64,000 nucleotides of DNA. It comes from an uncultured Acidobacteriota bacterium. GTDB taxonomy: Bacteria > Acidobacteriota > UBA6911. The notes beneath the pieces were generated by a model. The model worked only from the letters and a program-made list of their open reading frames with translations. It did not search any database and was not told where the DNA came from. This document shows, piece by piece, positions 47,199 to 57,245 of the stretch (position 1 is the first letter of the stretch; every line of letters begins with the position of its first letter). The position numbers and the translations under genes were made by a program. The DNA lies in the NCBI GenBank assembly GCA_963827655.1, contig CAWHCF010000017.1, forward strand, positions 12,580 through 76,579. The letters are read 5' to 3'.

Positions 47199-47456
47199 GT
47201 GAGCTACTGCCCCGAATGTGAGGCTGCAATCGATGATACTGAGATCGACGATGTCGGGGAAGTCCTTCCCTGCCCGGAGTGCGGCGTGGAACTTGAAGTA
47301 GTTTCCGTAGATCCTGTCGAATTCGACCTCGCGCCGATGGATGAGGACGAAGACGACGAGGATGAATATGACTTCGACGAAACGGATGAAGAAGAGGAGT
47401 GGGACGATGAGAATTCCCACGACGATGAAGATGAAGATGACGAAGATAAGTACTAG
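47199..47456 (+). CDS. LysW-like zinc-ribbon protein with a ~45-residue poly-acidic tail
   Basis: (V)SYCPECEAAIDDTEIDDVGEVLPCPECGVELEVVSVDPVEFDLAP parallels the LysW/ArgW amino-group carrier fold. The tail is MDEDEDDEDEYDFDETDEEEEWDDENSHDDEDEDDEDKY. The GTG 47199 start lies downstream of the promoter, whereas the track start at 47151 lies upstream of the -10 box. Confidence 0.6.
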   Translation: MSYCPECEAAIDDTEIDDVGEVLPCPECGVELEVVSVDPVEFDLAPMDEDEDDEDEYDFDETDEEEEWDDENSHDDEDEDDEDKY

Positions 47457-47540
47457 AATTATCCCTGCATGAGTCTGGCCTCCGTTTTATCGCATCTAAA
47501 AATCCAGCAACTCGGGGTTGTTATCCAAGAGGATTACTAG

Positions 47541-48239
47541 GTGCTGAATCATCTTAAGCTCCTGGTGTGGGACCTGGATTACCTCGTCTTCGACTGTTCA
47601 GCGCTCAAAGTTTCAGCTTTGCGCCAGAGCCTTATCTCATTTGCCGAATCGATTCCACAGAGTGTCCGCCTTCCTGATGCCATCGATGCCGAAGGGGGTT
47701 ATCTCGACTATGGATTTCGCTGGCCCCAGTTTCTTGAGATTGGTCTTGATGAGGAGCGATTGGGGCAGTTTCAACGCGCCTTCCACATCCACCAGGACCG
47801 CTATGTTCAAGCCGGTGTGGGCCGGGTTTATCCTGGAGTGCATGATTTTCTGATGGATTGCCGGAAGGGGGACATCCGCCTGGCGCTGGGCGCCGAGGCG
47901 AGCCGCGACTATCTCCTGGCCGTCACGGATCAACACAGACTCGACAACATATTCGATATGGCGCTGTGCACCGAGGAATTCGGTGTAGGTAGCGCCGACG
48001 AGATGTTCGAGGAAATCATGAACCACACCGAGGTCTATCCGAGCGAAACCCTGGTGCTTGGAACCCGTCCGGCCTTTTTTCAGGCGGCGCACAACCTCGA
48101 CCTGCTTACGGTTGGCTGCGGGTGGGGGCTGCGCCAGCAATACCGGCTCGCCGAAGCCGATCTGCAGGCGCCTGCGCTGTCGCATCTGCACGCGGTCATC
48201 GAGCAGGCCGACCACCTCTCTAATCGTTACTCGAGCTGA
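47541..48239 (+). CDS. HAD-superfamily hydrolase
   Basis: Motif I LVWDLDYLVFD (DxD). 232 aa with HAD-like spacing. Subfamily not recognised. Confidence 0.6.
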   Translation: MLNHLKLLVWDLDYLVFDCSALKVSALRQSLISFAESIPQSVRLPDAIDAEGGYLDYGFRWPQFLEIGLDEERLGQFQRAFHIHQDRYVQAGVGRVYPGVHDFLMDCRKGDIRLALGAEASRDYLLAVTDQHRLDNIFDMALCTEEFGVGSADEMFEEIMNHTEVYPSETLVLGTRPAFFQAAHNLDLLTVGCGWGLRQQYRLAEADLQAPALSHLHAVIEQADHLSNRYSS

Positions 48240-48252
48240 TTCCCGACAGAAT

Positions 48253-48409
48253 CTAAGGGTTCGCGCAGAAATAAGTTCGCATTCTGCTGCAGGCCCCCAG
48301 ACCCGCTGGCGAGGCGCGATCCTCAGCGTGCTTAGCGAACAGAAACCGGTTCATGATTAGCACCGATTCTCGCGCCAGAATGTGAAGTTATTTTTGCGCG
48401 AGCCCTAAA
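48253..48409. mobile_element. MITE-like palindromic element, copy 3 (~157 bp)
   Basis: CTAAGGGTTCGCGCAGAAATAAGTTCGCATTCTGC...GCCAGAATGTGAAGTTATTTTTGCGCGAGCCCTAAA, with the same core as copies 1 and 2. Intergenic, between the HAD and LarE-like genes. Confidence 0.8.
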
Positions 48410-48469
48410 GGGCGCAAAGAAGGGCAGAGAACTTTTGTGTCCTGGTGTCTTCGTGGTAAAGTGTGACCC

Positions 48470-49288
48470 ATGGAACTGCATGAAAAGGAAGCCAGACTGG
48501 AAGCCCTGCTCAAGGAGCTCTCTCCGGTCATGGTGGCGTTCAGCGGGGGAGTGGATAGCTCGTACCTCGCGTATAAGGCCCACCAGGTTTTGGGCGACCG
48601 GGCGCTGGCCATCACGGCAGAGAGTCCCTCGGTTCCTTCGCATCAGCGCAAGATGGCACTCCAGGTGGCCTCGCAGTTCGGGTTCCTCCACGAGATCATT
48701 CATACGGATGAAGTAACCCGCGACGATTATCGAGAGAACTCCCCGAATCGCTGCTACTTTTGCAAGGATGAGCTGTACAGCAGGCTCGCGGCGTTGGCGA
48801 AGGAACGCGGATTTTCCGCCATAGTCGATGGACTGAATGCGGACGATCTGGGAGATTTTCGGCCCGGGCGCAAGGCAGCCCGCGAACAGGGAGTACGGAG
48901 TCCCCTGGTCGAGGCCGGGCTGCGCAAGGAGGAAATCCGCGAGCTGTCGCGGCGCGCAGGTCTCCCGACTGCAGACCAGCCTGCCTCGGCTTGCCTTTCT
49001 TCTCGTTTCCCATACGGTATCCAAATAACCGAGGAGAAACTGGCCATCGTGGACCGCGGAGAAGAGTCGCTGCGAGAAATGGGCTTCCGCGTGTTCAGGG
49101 TGCGGCACCACGAGGATACTGTACGGCTCGAATTCGGACCTGAGGATCTCAACCGCGCGCTCGATTTCGAAATGGCGAAGAAACTGACCTCCGTGTTCAA
49201 GCGCCTGGGATACAAATACGTAACGCTGGACCTGGAAGGATACCGCAGCGGTTCGCTCAACGAGGTGCTGGTCCGTAGCATTGATTAG
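48470..49288 (+). CDS. PP-loop ATP pyrophosphatase, LarE-like sulfur transferase family
   Basis: PP-loop VAFSGGVDSSYLA, CYFCK, and ...PASACLSSRFPYG (LarE-type Cys loop). 272 aa. Confidence 0.75.
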   Translation: MELHEKEARLEALLKELSPVMVAFSGGVDSSYLAYKAHQVLGDRALAITAESPSVPSHQRKMALQVASQFGFLHEIIHTDEVTRDDYRENSPNRCYFCKDELYSRLAALAKERGFSAIVDGLNADDLGDFRPGRKAAREQGVRSPLVEAGLRKEEIRELSRRAGLPTADQPASACLSSRFPYGIQITEEKLAIVDRGEESLREMGFRVFRVRHHEDTVRLEFGPEDLNRALDFEMAKKLTSVFKRLGYKYVTLDLEGYRSGSLNEVLVRSID

Positions 49289-49399
49289 GCCGCCCGCCCT
49301 CCGACGGTTTCGCGCGCAACTAGCGTTTCTTCGTGTCTCTGTGGTTAGTGCCGCTGATTAAACTCAACCGCGAAGACCGGCAGAAGTCGCCAGGATTTC

Positions 49400-51124
49400 A
49401 TGAAGGCCGATTCGAAACTTAGCCCGCTTCTGCGTTTTTCTCTTCTCAGCACTTTCGTCGCTGTCTGTGTGGCTCTTCCCCTGGGCGCGGGCGCCTCAAA
49501 GGCCCCGGTGCGCAGCATGCGCGGAATGGTAGTTTCGACCGAGGTGCGCGCGAGCCGCGCCGGGGTAGAAATACTGAAGCAAGGGGGCAATGCGGTCGAC
49601 GCTGCTGTGGCCGTGGGGTTCATGCTGGCTGTGACTCACCCGTCCGCAGGCAATCTGGGCGGCGGGGGGTTCATGATGATCCGGATGAGCAAGACCGGCG
49701 AGACCGTGGCGGTCGACTACCGCGAAATGGCGCCCGCCGGGGCCAGCCGCACGATGTACCTGGACAAGGAGGGTAATACGACCCCGGAAGCTTCGACCGT
49801 CGGGTATCGGGCGATCGCGGTGCCAGGCACCGTGGCAGGCTTGTCGCTGGCGTTGGAGAAGTATGGGACCATGAGACTCCCCCAGGTGATGGCGCCCTCG
49901 ATCGAACTGGCCCGAGCGGGGTTGGAACTGAGCTACTTCGAGAGCGAATCGCTCAAGACCGCGAGAAAGCTTCTAAGCCGATTTCCCGAAACCATGCGGC
50001 TCTACCTGCGCGATGGCAACTACTATTCCGAGGGGGAAACCTTTGTCCAGCCCGATCTGGCGCGATGCCTCGAGCTGATTGCGCGCAACGGCCCTCGTGA
50101 GTTCTACGAAGGTTCTATCGCTCAGCTAATAGTCAAGGATATGCAGGCCAATGGTGGTCTGATCACGGTCGACGATTTGAAAGCGTATCGTTCGACGGTG
50201 CGCAAGCCCATCGAGGGGACTTACCGCGGATATCGGATTTTTTCGATGCCGCCACCGAGCTCTGGCGGAATCGCCCTGGTGGAGATGCTCAATATCCTGG
50301 AAGCTTATCCGCTCGCGGACTACGGCCAGGGAGCCAGCCGCACACTTCACCTTCTTGCCGAGGCTATGAAGCGCGCCTTCGCCGATCGCGCGGAGTATCT
50401 GGGAGACCCCGACTTCGTCCGAATCCCGATCGCGGGGCTGATTTCCAAACGGTACGCCGCGGAGCGCCGCGCGACGATCGACCCTTTTCTGGCGTCTGAT
50501 TCCTCCAAACTTGGGTATGGCAAGCCTGGGGACTACGAATCTGAGCAGACCACGCATTTTTCCATCGTTGATGCCGCCGGTAATGTCGTGGCCAACACCT
50601 ATACGCTCAACGGCGGTTACGGATCGGGAGTGACCATTCCGGGAACGGGCATTCTGATGAACAACGAGATGGACGATTTCAGCTCCAGACCCGGCGCTCC
50701 CAACGCCTATGGTCTGGTGCACGGCGAGGCCAATTCCATCGCGCCGCGTAAGCGCCCGCTCAGTGCCATGTCTCCCACGATTGTCGTCAAAGACGACAAG
50801 CCGCTCCTGGTTCTAGGAAGTCCGGGCGGCCCCACCATCATCAATACTGTGCTCCAGACGTTGATCAACACGATCGACTTTCAGCTTACCGTTCAGGAAG
50901 CCGTGGACGCCCCCCGCATCCATCACCAGTGGATGCCTGACAAGCTCGTGATCGAGCGAATCGGATTTGCTCAGGACGTGATGGACGCATTGAAAGCGCG
51001 CGGACACTCTTTAGAGCTGCGCCGCAGCATCGGCGACTGCCATGCGATCATGATCGATTCCAAGACTGGAGTGCGCCTGGGGGCCGCCGACCCTCGTATG
51101 GACGGGGTTGCGATAGGCTACTGA
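49400..51124 (+). CDS. ggt: Gamma-glutamyltransferase
   Basis: Signal peptide present. Autoprocessing/catalytic site is EQTTHFSIVDAAGNVV. Also has GSPGGPTIINTVLQ and PRIHHQW. Confidence 0.9.
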   Translation: MKADSKLSPLLRFSLLSTFVAVCVALPLGAGASKAPVRSMRGMVVSTEVRASRAGVEILKQGGNAVDAAVAVGFMLAVTHPSAGNLGGGGFMMIRMSKTGETVAVDYREMAPAGASRTMYLDKEGNTTPEASTVGYRAIAVPGTVAGLSLALEKYGTMRLPQVMAPSIELARAGLELSYFESESLKTARKLLSRFPETMRLYLRDGNYYSEGETFVQPDLARCLELIARNGPREFYEGSIAQLIVKDMQANGGLITVDDLKAYRSTVRKPIEGTYRGYRIFSMPPPSSGGIALVEMLNILEAYPLADYGQGASRTLHLLAEAMKRAFADRAEYLGDPDFVRIPIAGLISKRYAAERRATIDPFLASDSSKLGYGKPGDYESEQTTHFSIVDAAGNVVANTYTLNGGYGSGVTIPGTGILMNNEMDDFSSRPGAPNAYGLVHGEANSIAPRKRPLSAMSPTIVVKDDKPLLVLGSPGGPTIINTVLQTLINTIDFQLTVQEAVDAPRIHHQWMPDKLVIERIGFAQDVMDALKARGHSLELRRSIGDCHAIMIDSKTGVRLGAADPRMDGVAIGY

Positions 51125-51165
51125 TCCTGGAGTTTCTTCGTGTCTTAGCGGTATTTGTTCCGCAT

Positions 51166-52243
51166 TTAAGATTGGGGCTTCGCGGCGAAGTAGCCCTTTC
51201 GATACCGGAGATGGTGGGTAGGATCCGCGCCGTCAAGAACGACTTTCACTCGCCGAAAGGCGCCGTCGCGCGCGGGATTGGAAGAGATAAAACCGATGCT
51301 GTACTGGTTGCGGAGTTCGTGGGCGATCTCGGACACGATGCGCGTTCATCTCGGCTACTTTTTGCGGGAAGAATGCCTTCCCGCCGGTCTCGTCCGAAAT
51401 CTTTTGCAGAGCGTCGCGCGCCTTTTCCGGCACCGACTTTGAGAAGCGTCCGAACAGACCTTTCTCGGGAGTCGGATTCATGATTCCAATATTGAAAACC
51501 TGAACATCAAGCTCCTGGACCTTGGCCACCAGTTCGTCCAGCTTGTAATAGCTGTCACGATCCTCTCCGTCGCTGACCACGACGACTGCTTTCTTGGGTT
51601 TCTTGCCGGTCTGCGCCTTCTGGATACTCAGGTAGATCGCGTCATAAAGAGCGGTCCCTCCCGAGACGATCGTGTTCTCGAGGGCATCCGTGATCAGATC
51701 GATATCGCTGGTGTAGTCCTCGAGCAGCTCAATCTCATCGTTAAAGCCCACCAGAAAGACTTCATCCTCAGGATTGCTGGCCTTGATAAAGGCGAGAGCG
51801 GACCGGTTCACCATCTCGATCTTGTTCCGCATGCTTCCACTGATGTCCAGGGTAATCCCCATGCTGACCGGGACGTCCTCCTGGGAAAAAAACGAAACGT
51901 TCTGCGCGACGCCGTCCTCGAATAGCTTGAAATTCTCCTTCTTCAGACCTCCGACGAAATGACCGTTCTTGTCATAAACGGAGGTATGGACAACGACCAG
52001 ATCGACACTGACGCCGATCGTGTACCCCTTCTGGCGCTCTGGACGCTCTTCCTGAGGGGAGCCCGACTCAAGTTCCGGCTTGTTGGGCCGTTTTCGTTCG
52101 TCGGGTTTGGATTTACCTTCGTCGGGTTTGGATTTAGCCTGGGGAAACGCCGAGAGTACGGTTGAGTCTGAAATCGAGCTGGAAATGACGAGGGTCAGGC
52201 AGAGCGCAATCGCGGCGGCCGCTAAGCTAAGTCTTCGGCGCAT
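51166..52243 (-). pseudogene. VWA-domain protein, VWFA-related acidobacterial family, with a +1 frameshift near 51340-51347
   Basis: ORF 51233..52243 is family-like up to ...GGKAFFPQKVAEMNA and then turns to junk. The next frame reads IVSEIAHELRNQYSIGFISSNPARDGAFRRVKVVLDG...HLRYRKGYFAAKPQS* (stop 51166-51168), matching the paralogue C-termini. Confidence 0.7.
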
Positions 52244-53153
52244 AATAACCCTCCTTAGCGTGGAGTATCAGCTTTGGAAGGCCTTCGGGCGGATCCAGCT
52301 TGATCTTGACCTTGCGCCATTTCCCGTCGTGATTCTTGTTCGTGGGCACGTATCCGACGACGTACTGGTTGCGCAACTCGGCGTGAATCAAGTCAATGTA
52401 GTAGTCCAGCTCATTGAAGTTATTGGGGAAGAAAGCGCGCCCGCCCGTCAGCCCCACGATGTTCTGTATCTCCGAGCGGCCGTAGCCCAGCTTGCCTTCT
52501 TCGCCGATCGCGTAGATCTGCACGTCAGATTCCTTGGCGAACTCCCGTATTTCCGAGGCCGAGTAACGGCTGCTGTTGTCCTCTCCATCGGTGATCAGGA
52601 TCAGCGCCTTCTTTTCATTCCTGGCCGCCTTGATATTGTCCAGTCCCAGATAGACCGCATCGTAGAGAGCCGTGCGTCCTCCCGGCTGGCTGAAGGAAAT
52701 CTCGTTTTGAATGGACGAGCTCTGGCTGGTGAAGCTCTGAACCAGTGAAGTCTTCTGGTTGAACGTCACCAGGAAGAATTCATCCTCGGGATTGCCTGAC
52801 TGGAGAAAACGGGAGACAGAGTTCCGGGCCGTGTGAATGTTGTCCTTCATGCTTCCGCTGATATCAAAGAGAATTCCAACGGAAATCGGCGCGGATTCCT
52901 GGGTGAAATGAGAGACGCTCTGCTCGACCTTATCCTCAAACACCTTGAAGTGCTCTTTTTCGAGTCCAGTGACGTAACGGTTCAGAGGATCGGTGACCGA
53001 GATCTTGATGAATACAGTTTCGACGCCGACGCGAAAGGTCGGCTTGGCCGGCTTATCCTGGGTTTTAGAGGACTGACCCCAGGCAAGAGTCGCGAAGCAA
53101 GCCAAAAGAATCAAACAAGGCGCCAGGCTTCTCGGCTTTGCAAGTGGCATCAC
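52227..53153 (-). CDS. VWA-domain protein, VWFA-related acidobacterial family
   Basis: FRVGVETVFIKISVTDPLNRYVTGLEKEHFKVFEDKVEQSVSHF...ILFDISGSM...HAELRNQYVVGYVPTNKNHDGKWRKVKIKL. Its 3' end overlaps the start of the downstream paralogue by 17 nt. Confidence 0.85.
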   Translation of the reverse strand: MMPLAKPRSLAPCLILLACFATLAWGQSSKTQDKPAKPTFRVGVETVFIKISVTDPLNRYVTGLEKEHFKVFEDKVEQSVSHFTQESAPISVGILFDISGSMKDNIHTARNSVSRFLQSGNPEDEFFLVTFNQKTSLVQSFTSQSSSIQNEISFSQPGGRTALYDAVYLGLDNIKAARNEKKALILITDGEDNSSRYSASEIREFAKESDVQIYAIGEEGKLGYGRSEIQNIVGLTGGRAFFPNNFNELDYYIDLIHAELRNQYVVGYVPTNKNHDGKWRKVKIKLDPPEGLPKLILHAKEGYYAPKT

Positions 53154-53273
53154 GGTACCAGAGAGATCATAGTTTCATCGTGTTCCGCATTTTACCTCAC
53201 CGAGAATCCAAGTCAAGCACAGTAATAAGGTTCCTGACGTTTCTTCGAGGCTTTGTGTCTCGGCGGTTAGCTC

Positions 53274-55523
53274 CTATTTCCCCACCAGCCGGTCCAAAAA
53301 TTCGAGTCCAACCAGAACTTCTCGCGGTTTGGAGCCTTCGGCGGGACCGACCAGGTTGTTTTGATACATCATGTCGACGAGCTTGGCGGCCCGACCATAA
53401 CCGATACTGAGACGTCTTTGAAGCAAGGACGTGGAGGCACGCCCCTCGCTCACCACAATCCGGACGGCATCGTTGTAGAGTTCGTCATGCGCGCCGCCGT
53501 CCACCGGGTTTCCCTCCTCATCGACTTCTTCCTGGCCGTAGGTAAGGACGGAATTGTCGTACGCCGGGCGGCCCTGGCCGCGCAAGTGCTCGACAATCAG
53601 CAGAGCTTCCTTCTCGGTGACAAAGGCGCCGTGAACGCGGGTAAGCCTGGACGAACCGGGCGGGATAAACAGCATGTCGCCATTTCCCAGAAGCAGTTCG
53701 GCGCCGTTAGAATCAATGATCGTCCGGGAGTCGACCTTCGTGGCCACCTTGAAAGCGATCCGGCAAGGAAAATTCGCCTTGATCACTCCGGTGATTACGT
53801 CGACCGAGGGCCTTTGGGTCGCGAGGATGAGATGTATGCCGACGGCTCGGGCCATGGCGGCCAGGCGTGAAATCGATTCTTCAACCTCACGCGACGAAAC
53901 CATCATGAGGTCAGCCAGCTCGTCGATGACCAGGATCAGGTAAGGAAGCGCCTTCTCGAGTTCCCCCTCGATGTCGTTGCTGTCGATGAGCGACAGCTGG
54001 CGTCCGCCCGCTCGAATCAGGGTATTGTACTGGTCTATATTCCGAACGCCTCTCAGGGCCAGTTTTTTGTACCGCGTCTCCATCTCGCTGGTAGCCCAGC
54101 GCAATGCATTTGCCGCCTCCTTGGGATCCGTCACGATGGGAGTCAGTAGATGAGGGATGTCGGCATAGATTCCGAGCTCGAGACGCTTGGGGTCGATCAA
54201 AATGAACTTCACTTCCTCGGGCGTGGATTTGTACAGAACCGAGGTGATCATGCAATTCAGCGCTACGCTCTTGCCCGCTCCGGTAGCCCCCGCGATCAGA
54301 AGGTGCGGCATCTTGGCCAGGTCGGTCACATAGACATTGCCGTTGATTAATTTCCCCAGTGCGAGGGTAAGTCTGGATTGAGACTTTCGGAAGACTTCCG
54401 ACTCGATCACCTCGCGCAAAAAGATGGTTTCGCGCTGCGGATTGGGCACCTCCATTCCCACGGTAGCCTTCCCGGGAATGCGATCGATTCGAATCGACTC
54501 CGCCTTGATCCCCAGGCATAGATCGTCGACCAGCGTGGTGATTTTCGAGTACTTGATGCCGGCATCCGGTTTGAACTCGAAAGTGGTGACGACAGGACCG
54601 GGATGAATCTGGGTGATGTTTCCATGCACGTCGAATTCCGCACACTTGTCGGATATCTGGCGCGCCCGTTCCATCAGCTCCGCTTCGTTCACACTCAGAT
54701 GGTCTTCAACTTCGGCCAGCAGGTCGGAAGGCGGAAACAGGTATTTCCGGTTGCGCGGCCGGTCGTCGACCGGTGAGGGACGGGCGGCTTCGGTCTCGGG
54801 CGCTCGTACGACCGGAGGACGCGGTTCGGATCGCGTTGTAACCTGGCTGGGTTTTACGGGCACAGGACGCGGCGTCAGATCCAAGACTGCGGAACCCGCA
54901 GATTTTATGTTGACCACGGTTCGGAGTGGTTTGCGACTCTCACGCCAGCTACGAAACCTCTTCAGCAGACCCGGACCTGCCGATTCCTTTTCGGCTGCAA
55001 GGCGGCCGACTGTGGCGTCGAGCGAAACGGTCGTCGCTGTCAACAGCCCGAGCACGAAAGTTCCAATCAGCAGCACCACGGTTCCGGTCAGGTTCAGGTT
55101 TGGCAGGAGCAGATCCGCCAGCAGCACACCGACGACACCTCCCGGCAGGAAGTTGACGTCCGGCAGCGGAATCGGAACCATCTGCAGGACCGTGCAGGCG
55201 GTGGCAATTAACAGCGCCAGTCCGAGCGCGCGCAAGTACGGCGATTGAATTTGCCGGCCGCGGATCAGTTTCCAGCTCAGGATGACCATGGGAATCAACA
55301 ACAGAAAGGCCGACAGACCCATAGCTTGAAAGAGAAGGTCGCTGACAATGGCGCCGACTCTCCCTATTCGATTCTCGGCTCCTGCCTTGTTGAAGATCGA
55401 GTTGAAACTCGAGTCGCTCGGATTGTAAGAAACCAGACAGAAAAAGAGCAGGATGGTCACAAGCAGGCCAAGGACTCCAATGTACTCGTGCCGCTTCGCC
55501 GGAGTGTGCAGGGACATGCTCAA
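53274..55523 (-). CDS. ftsK: DNA translocase FtsK
   Basis: Four N-terminal TM helices, Walker A IAGATGAGKSVALN, and gamma domain LLQRRLSIGYGRAAKLVDMM. Confidence 0.95.
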   Translation of the reverse strand: MSMSLHTPAKRHEYIGVLGLLVTILLFFCLVSYNPSDSSFNSIFNKAGAENRIGRVGAIVSDLLFQAMGLSAFLLLIPMVILSWKLIRGRQIQSPYLRALGLALLIATACTVLQMVPIPLPDVNFLPGGVVGVLLADLLLPNLNLTGTVVLLIGTFVLGLLTATTVSLDATVGRLAAEKESAGPGLLKRFRSWRESRKPLRTVVNIKSAGSAVLDLTPRPVPVKPSQVTTRSEPRPPVVRAPETEAARPSPVDDRPRNRKYLFPPSDLLAEVEDHLSVNEAELMERARQISDKCAEFDVHGNITQIHPGPVVTTFEFKPDAGIKYSKITTLVDDLCLGIKAESIRIDRIPGKATVGMEVPNPQRETIFLREVIESEVFRKSQSRLTLALGKLINGNVYVTDLAKMPHLLIAGATGAGKSVALNCMITSVLYKSTPEEVKFILIDPKRLELGIYADIPHLLTPIVTDPKEAANALRWATSEMETRYKKLALRGVRNIDQYNTLIRAGGRQLSLIDSNDIEGELEKALPYLILVIDELADLMMVSSREVEESISRLAAMARAVGIHLILATQRPSVDVITGVIKANFPCRIAFKVATKVDSRTIIDSNGAELLLGNGDMLFIPPGSSRLTRVHGAFVTEKEALLIVEHLRGQGRPAYDNSVLTYGQEEVDEEGNPVDGGAHDELYNDAVRIVVSEGRASTSLLQRRLSIGYGRAAKLVDMMYQNNLVGPAEGSKPREVLVGLEFLDRLVGK

Positions 55524-55541
55524 TCCTATTCCAAATCCAAT

Positions 55542-57245
55542 CTAGATTTCCAGAACTAACGGGACAATCATAGGGCGAGTTCCCGTGCGCTTGCGAAAGA
55601 ATCGCTTCAAATCGGCACGGATCATTTCGGTCAAAACCAGAGAGTCGGCACGTTCTTCTTCGGTGCTTTCCTTAAGGGTGTTAAGTACGATCTGCTTGCC
55701 CTCGGCCAGGATTGCGGAACCCCCTTTCTCGTCAAGGTGCCCCCGGCTGACCAGTTCGGGCAAGCCTTCAAGCTCGCCCGTCGACTTGTTGATCGCTACC
55801 ACGGCCAGAACGACTCCCTCCTCGGAAAGATGCTGCCGGTCTCGAACCATGAACTCATCGACGTCGGCCATGCCGCTGTCATCCAGGAGCCGCCGTCCCA
55901 CCGGAGCCTTGCCACGAATCCCGGCCCAGTCCGCGGTGAAGGTGATAATGTCGCCGGTCTCGGCCAGGAGGATCCGATCTTTGGTAATCCCGGTTTCCTG
56001 GGCAACCAGCGAGTGATGATAGAGCTGGCGGTATTCTCCATGGATCGGGACAAAAAACCGGGGCCGGGTTAGGTTCAGCATGAGCTTCAACTCTTCCTGG
56101 CTCGCATGTCCGGAGACATGAATCGACCACCTGCTCTCGTCGTAGACTTTTGCGCCACGCCGGCAAAAATGGTTTATCAGATGTGAGATGCGGCTCTCGT
56201 TTCCCGGAATCGCCCGGGCGCTGATGATTATCGAGTCATCCGGCTCCACTCTGAAGTTCTTGTGTTTGTCCAGCGCAAGCTTTCCCAGGGCCGCCATCGG
56301 TTCACCCTGGCTTCCGGTCGCCAGCAGGACGATCTGGTCAGCCGGGAGTTGCAGGCCCTCATTTATGTCCGCCAGAGTTCCGGCAGGAACGCTTATGTAT
56401 CCCATGCTACGAGCAATCCCCAGGTTCTCTTTCATGCTTCGTCCGACAAGCACTACGCGTCTTCGGAACTCCCGGGCCAGTTCCAGGATGATCTGGATCC
56501 GATGAATGCTCGAGGCGAAGCAGGCCACGATGATCTTGCCCTGGCTGGTATGAAAGATCTGTTCGAGGTGCCGCTGTACGTGGTTTTCGGAAGGCGTGTA
56601 CCCGGGCCGTTCACTATTTGTGCTGTCGGAGAACAGAGCCAGAACCCCGCGTTCTCCGTAATAGGAGAAGCGGCTGTAGTCAGTGGTTTTGCCATCGGGA
56701 GGAGACTGATCGAACTTGAAATCCCCCGTATGAATAAGGGTTCCCAAATCGGTCGTGATGGCGAGTCCGATGCTATCGGCTATGCTGTGGGTTACCCGGA
56801 GAAACTCCAGGTGCATGTCGCCGACTTGCAGGGTATCGCGCGCTTGAACCCGGTTCAGCTGAACGCGGTCGAGCAGCCTCTGCTCTGAAAGCCGTCCTTC
56901 GGCGAAGGCCAGCGTGAGTGGAGTGCCATACACCGGCGCCGGAATCTCGTCGAGCAAGTAGGGAAGAGCTCCAATGTGGTCCTCATGGCCGTGAGTCAGC
57001 ACGATCGCTTTCACTTCGTCCTTGTGCTCCACCAGGTAGCGAAGGTCCGGCACGACGAGGTCGACCCCGAGGAGGTCATTGCGAGGAAACATCAGTCCGG
57101 CATCCACCACCAGAATGGTTCCGGCGTGGCGGATGGCCATCATGTTCATTCCGAATTCCCCCAGTCCTCCCAGGGGAATCACTTCAATCTGGTCGCTGGT
57201 CACAGTTCGCGGCTCGTCCGGTAAAGTGCGCGAAAAGTATAACAT
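55542..57245 (-). CDS. rnj: Ribonuclease J
   Basis: Metallo-beta-lactamase motif LTHGHEDHIGALPYL plus beta-CASP and C-terminal domains. 567 aa. Confidence 0.9.
   Translation of the reverse strand: MLYFSRTLPDEPRTVTSDQIEVIPLGGLGEFGMNMMAIRHAGTILVVDAGLMFPRNDLLGVDLVVPDLRYLVEHKDEVKAIVLTHGHEDHIGALPYLLDEIPAPVYGTPLTLAFAEGRLSEQRLLDRVQLNRVQARDTLQVGDMHLEFLRVTHSIADSIGLAITTDLGTLIHTGDFKFDQSPPDGKTTDYSRFSYYGERGVLALFSDSTNSERPGYTPSENHVQRHLEQIFHTSQGKIIVACFASSIHRIQIILELAREFRRRVVLVGRSMKENLGIARSMGYISVPAGTLADINEGLQLPADQIVLLATGSQGEPMAALGKLALDKHKNFRVEPDDSIIISARAIPGNESRISHLINHFCRRGAKVYDESRWSIHVSGHASQEELKLMLNLTRPRFFVPIHGEYRQLYHHSLVAQETGITKDRILLAETGDIITFTADWAGIRGKAPVGRRLLDDSGMADVDEFMVRDRQHLSEEGVVLAVVAINKSTGELEGLPELVSRGHLDEKGGSAILAEGKQIVLNTLKESTEEERADSLVLTEMIRADLKRFFRKRTGTRPMIVPLVLEI

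Noticed and set aside
47037-47420. 127-aa minus-strand ORF opposite the LysW-like gene
   Set aside because: It is a mirror image of the poly-acidic coding repeat (giving an FVLIHR/ILVVFV-type translation). The plus-strand gene has the promoter, the RBS and the zinc ribbon.
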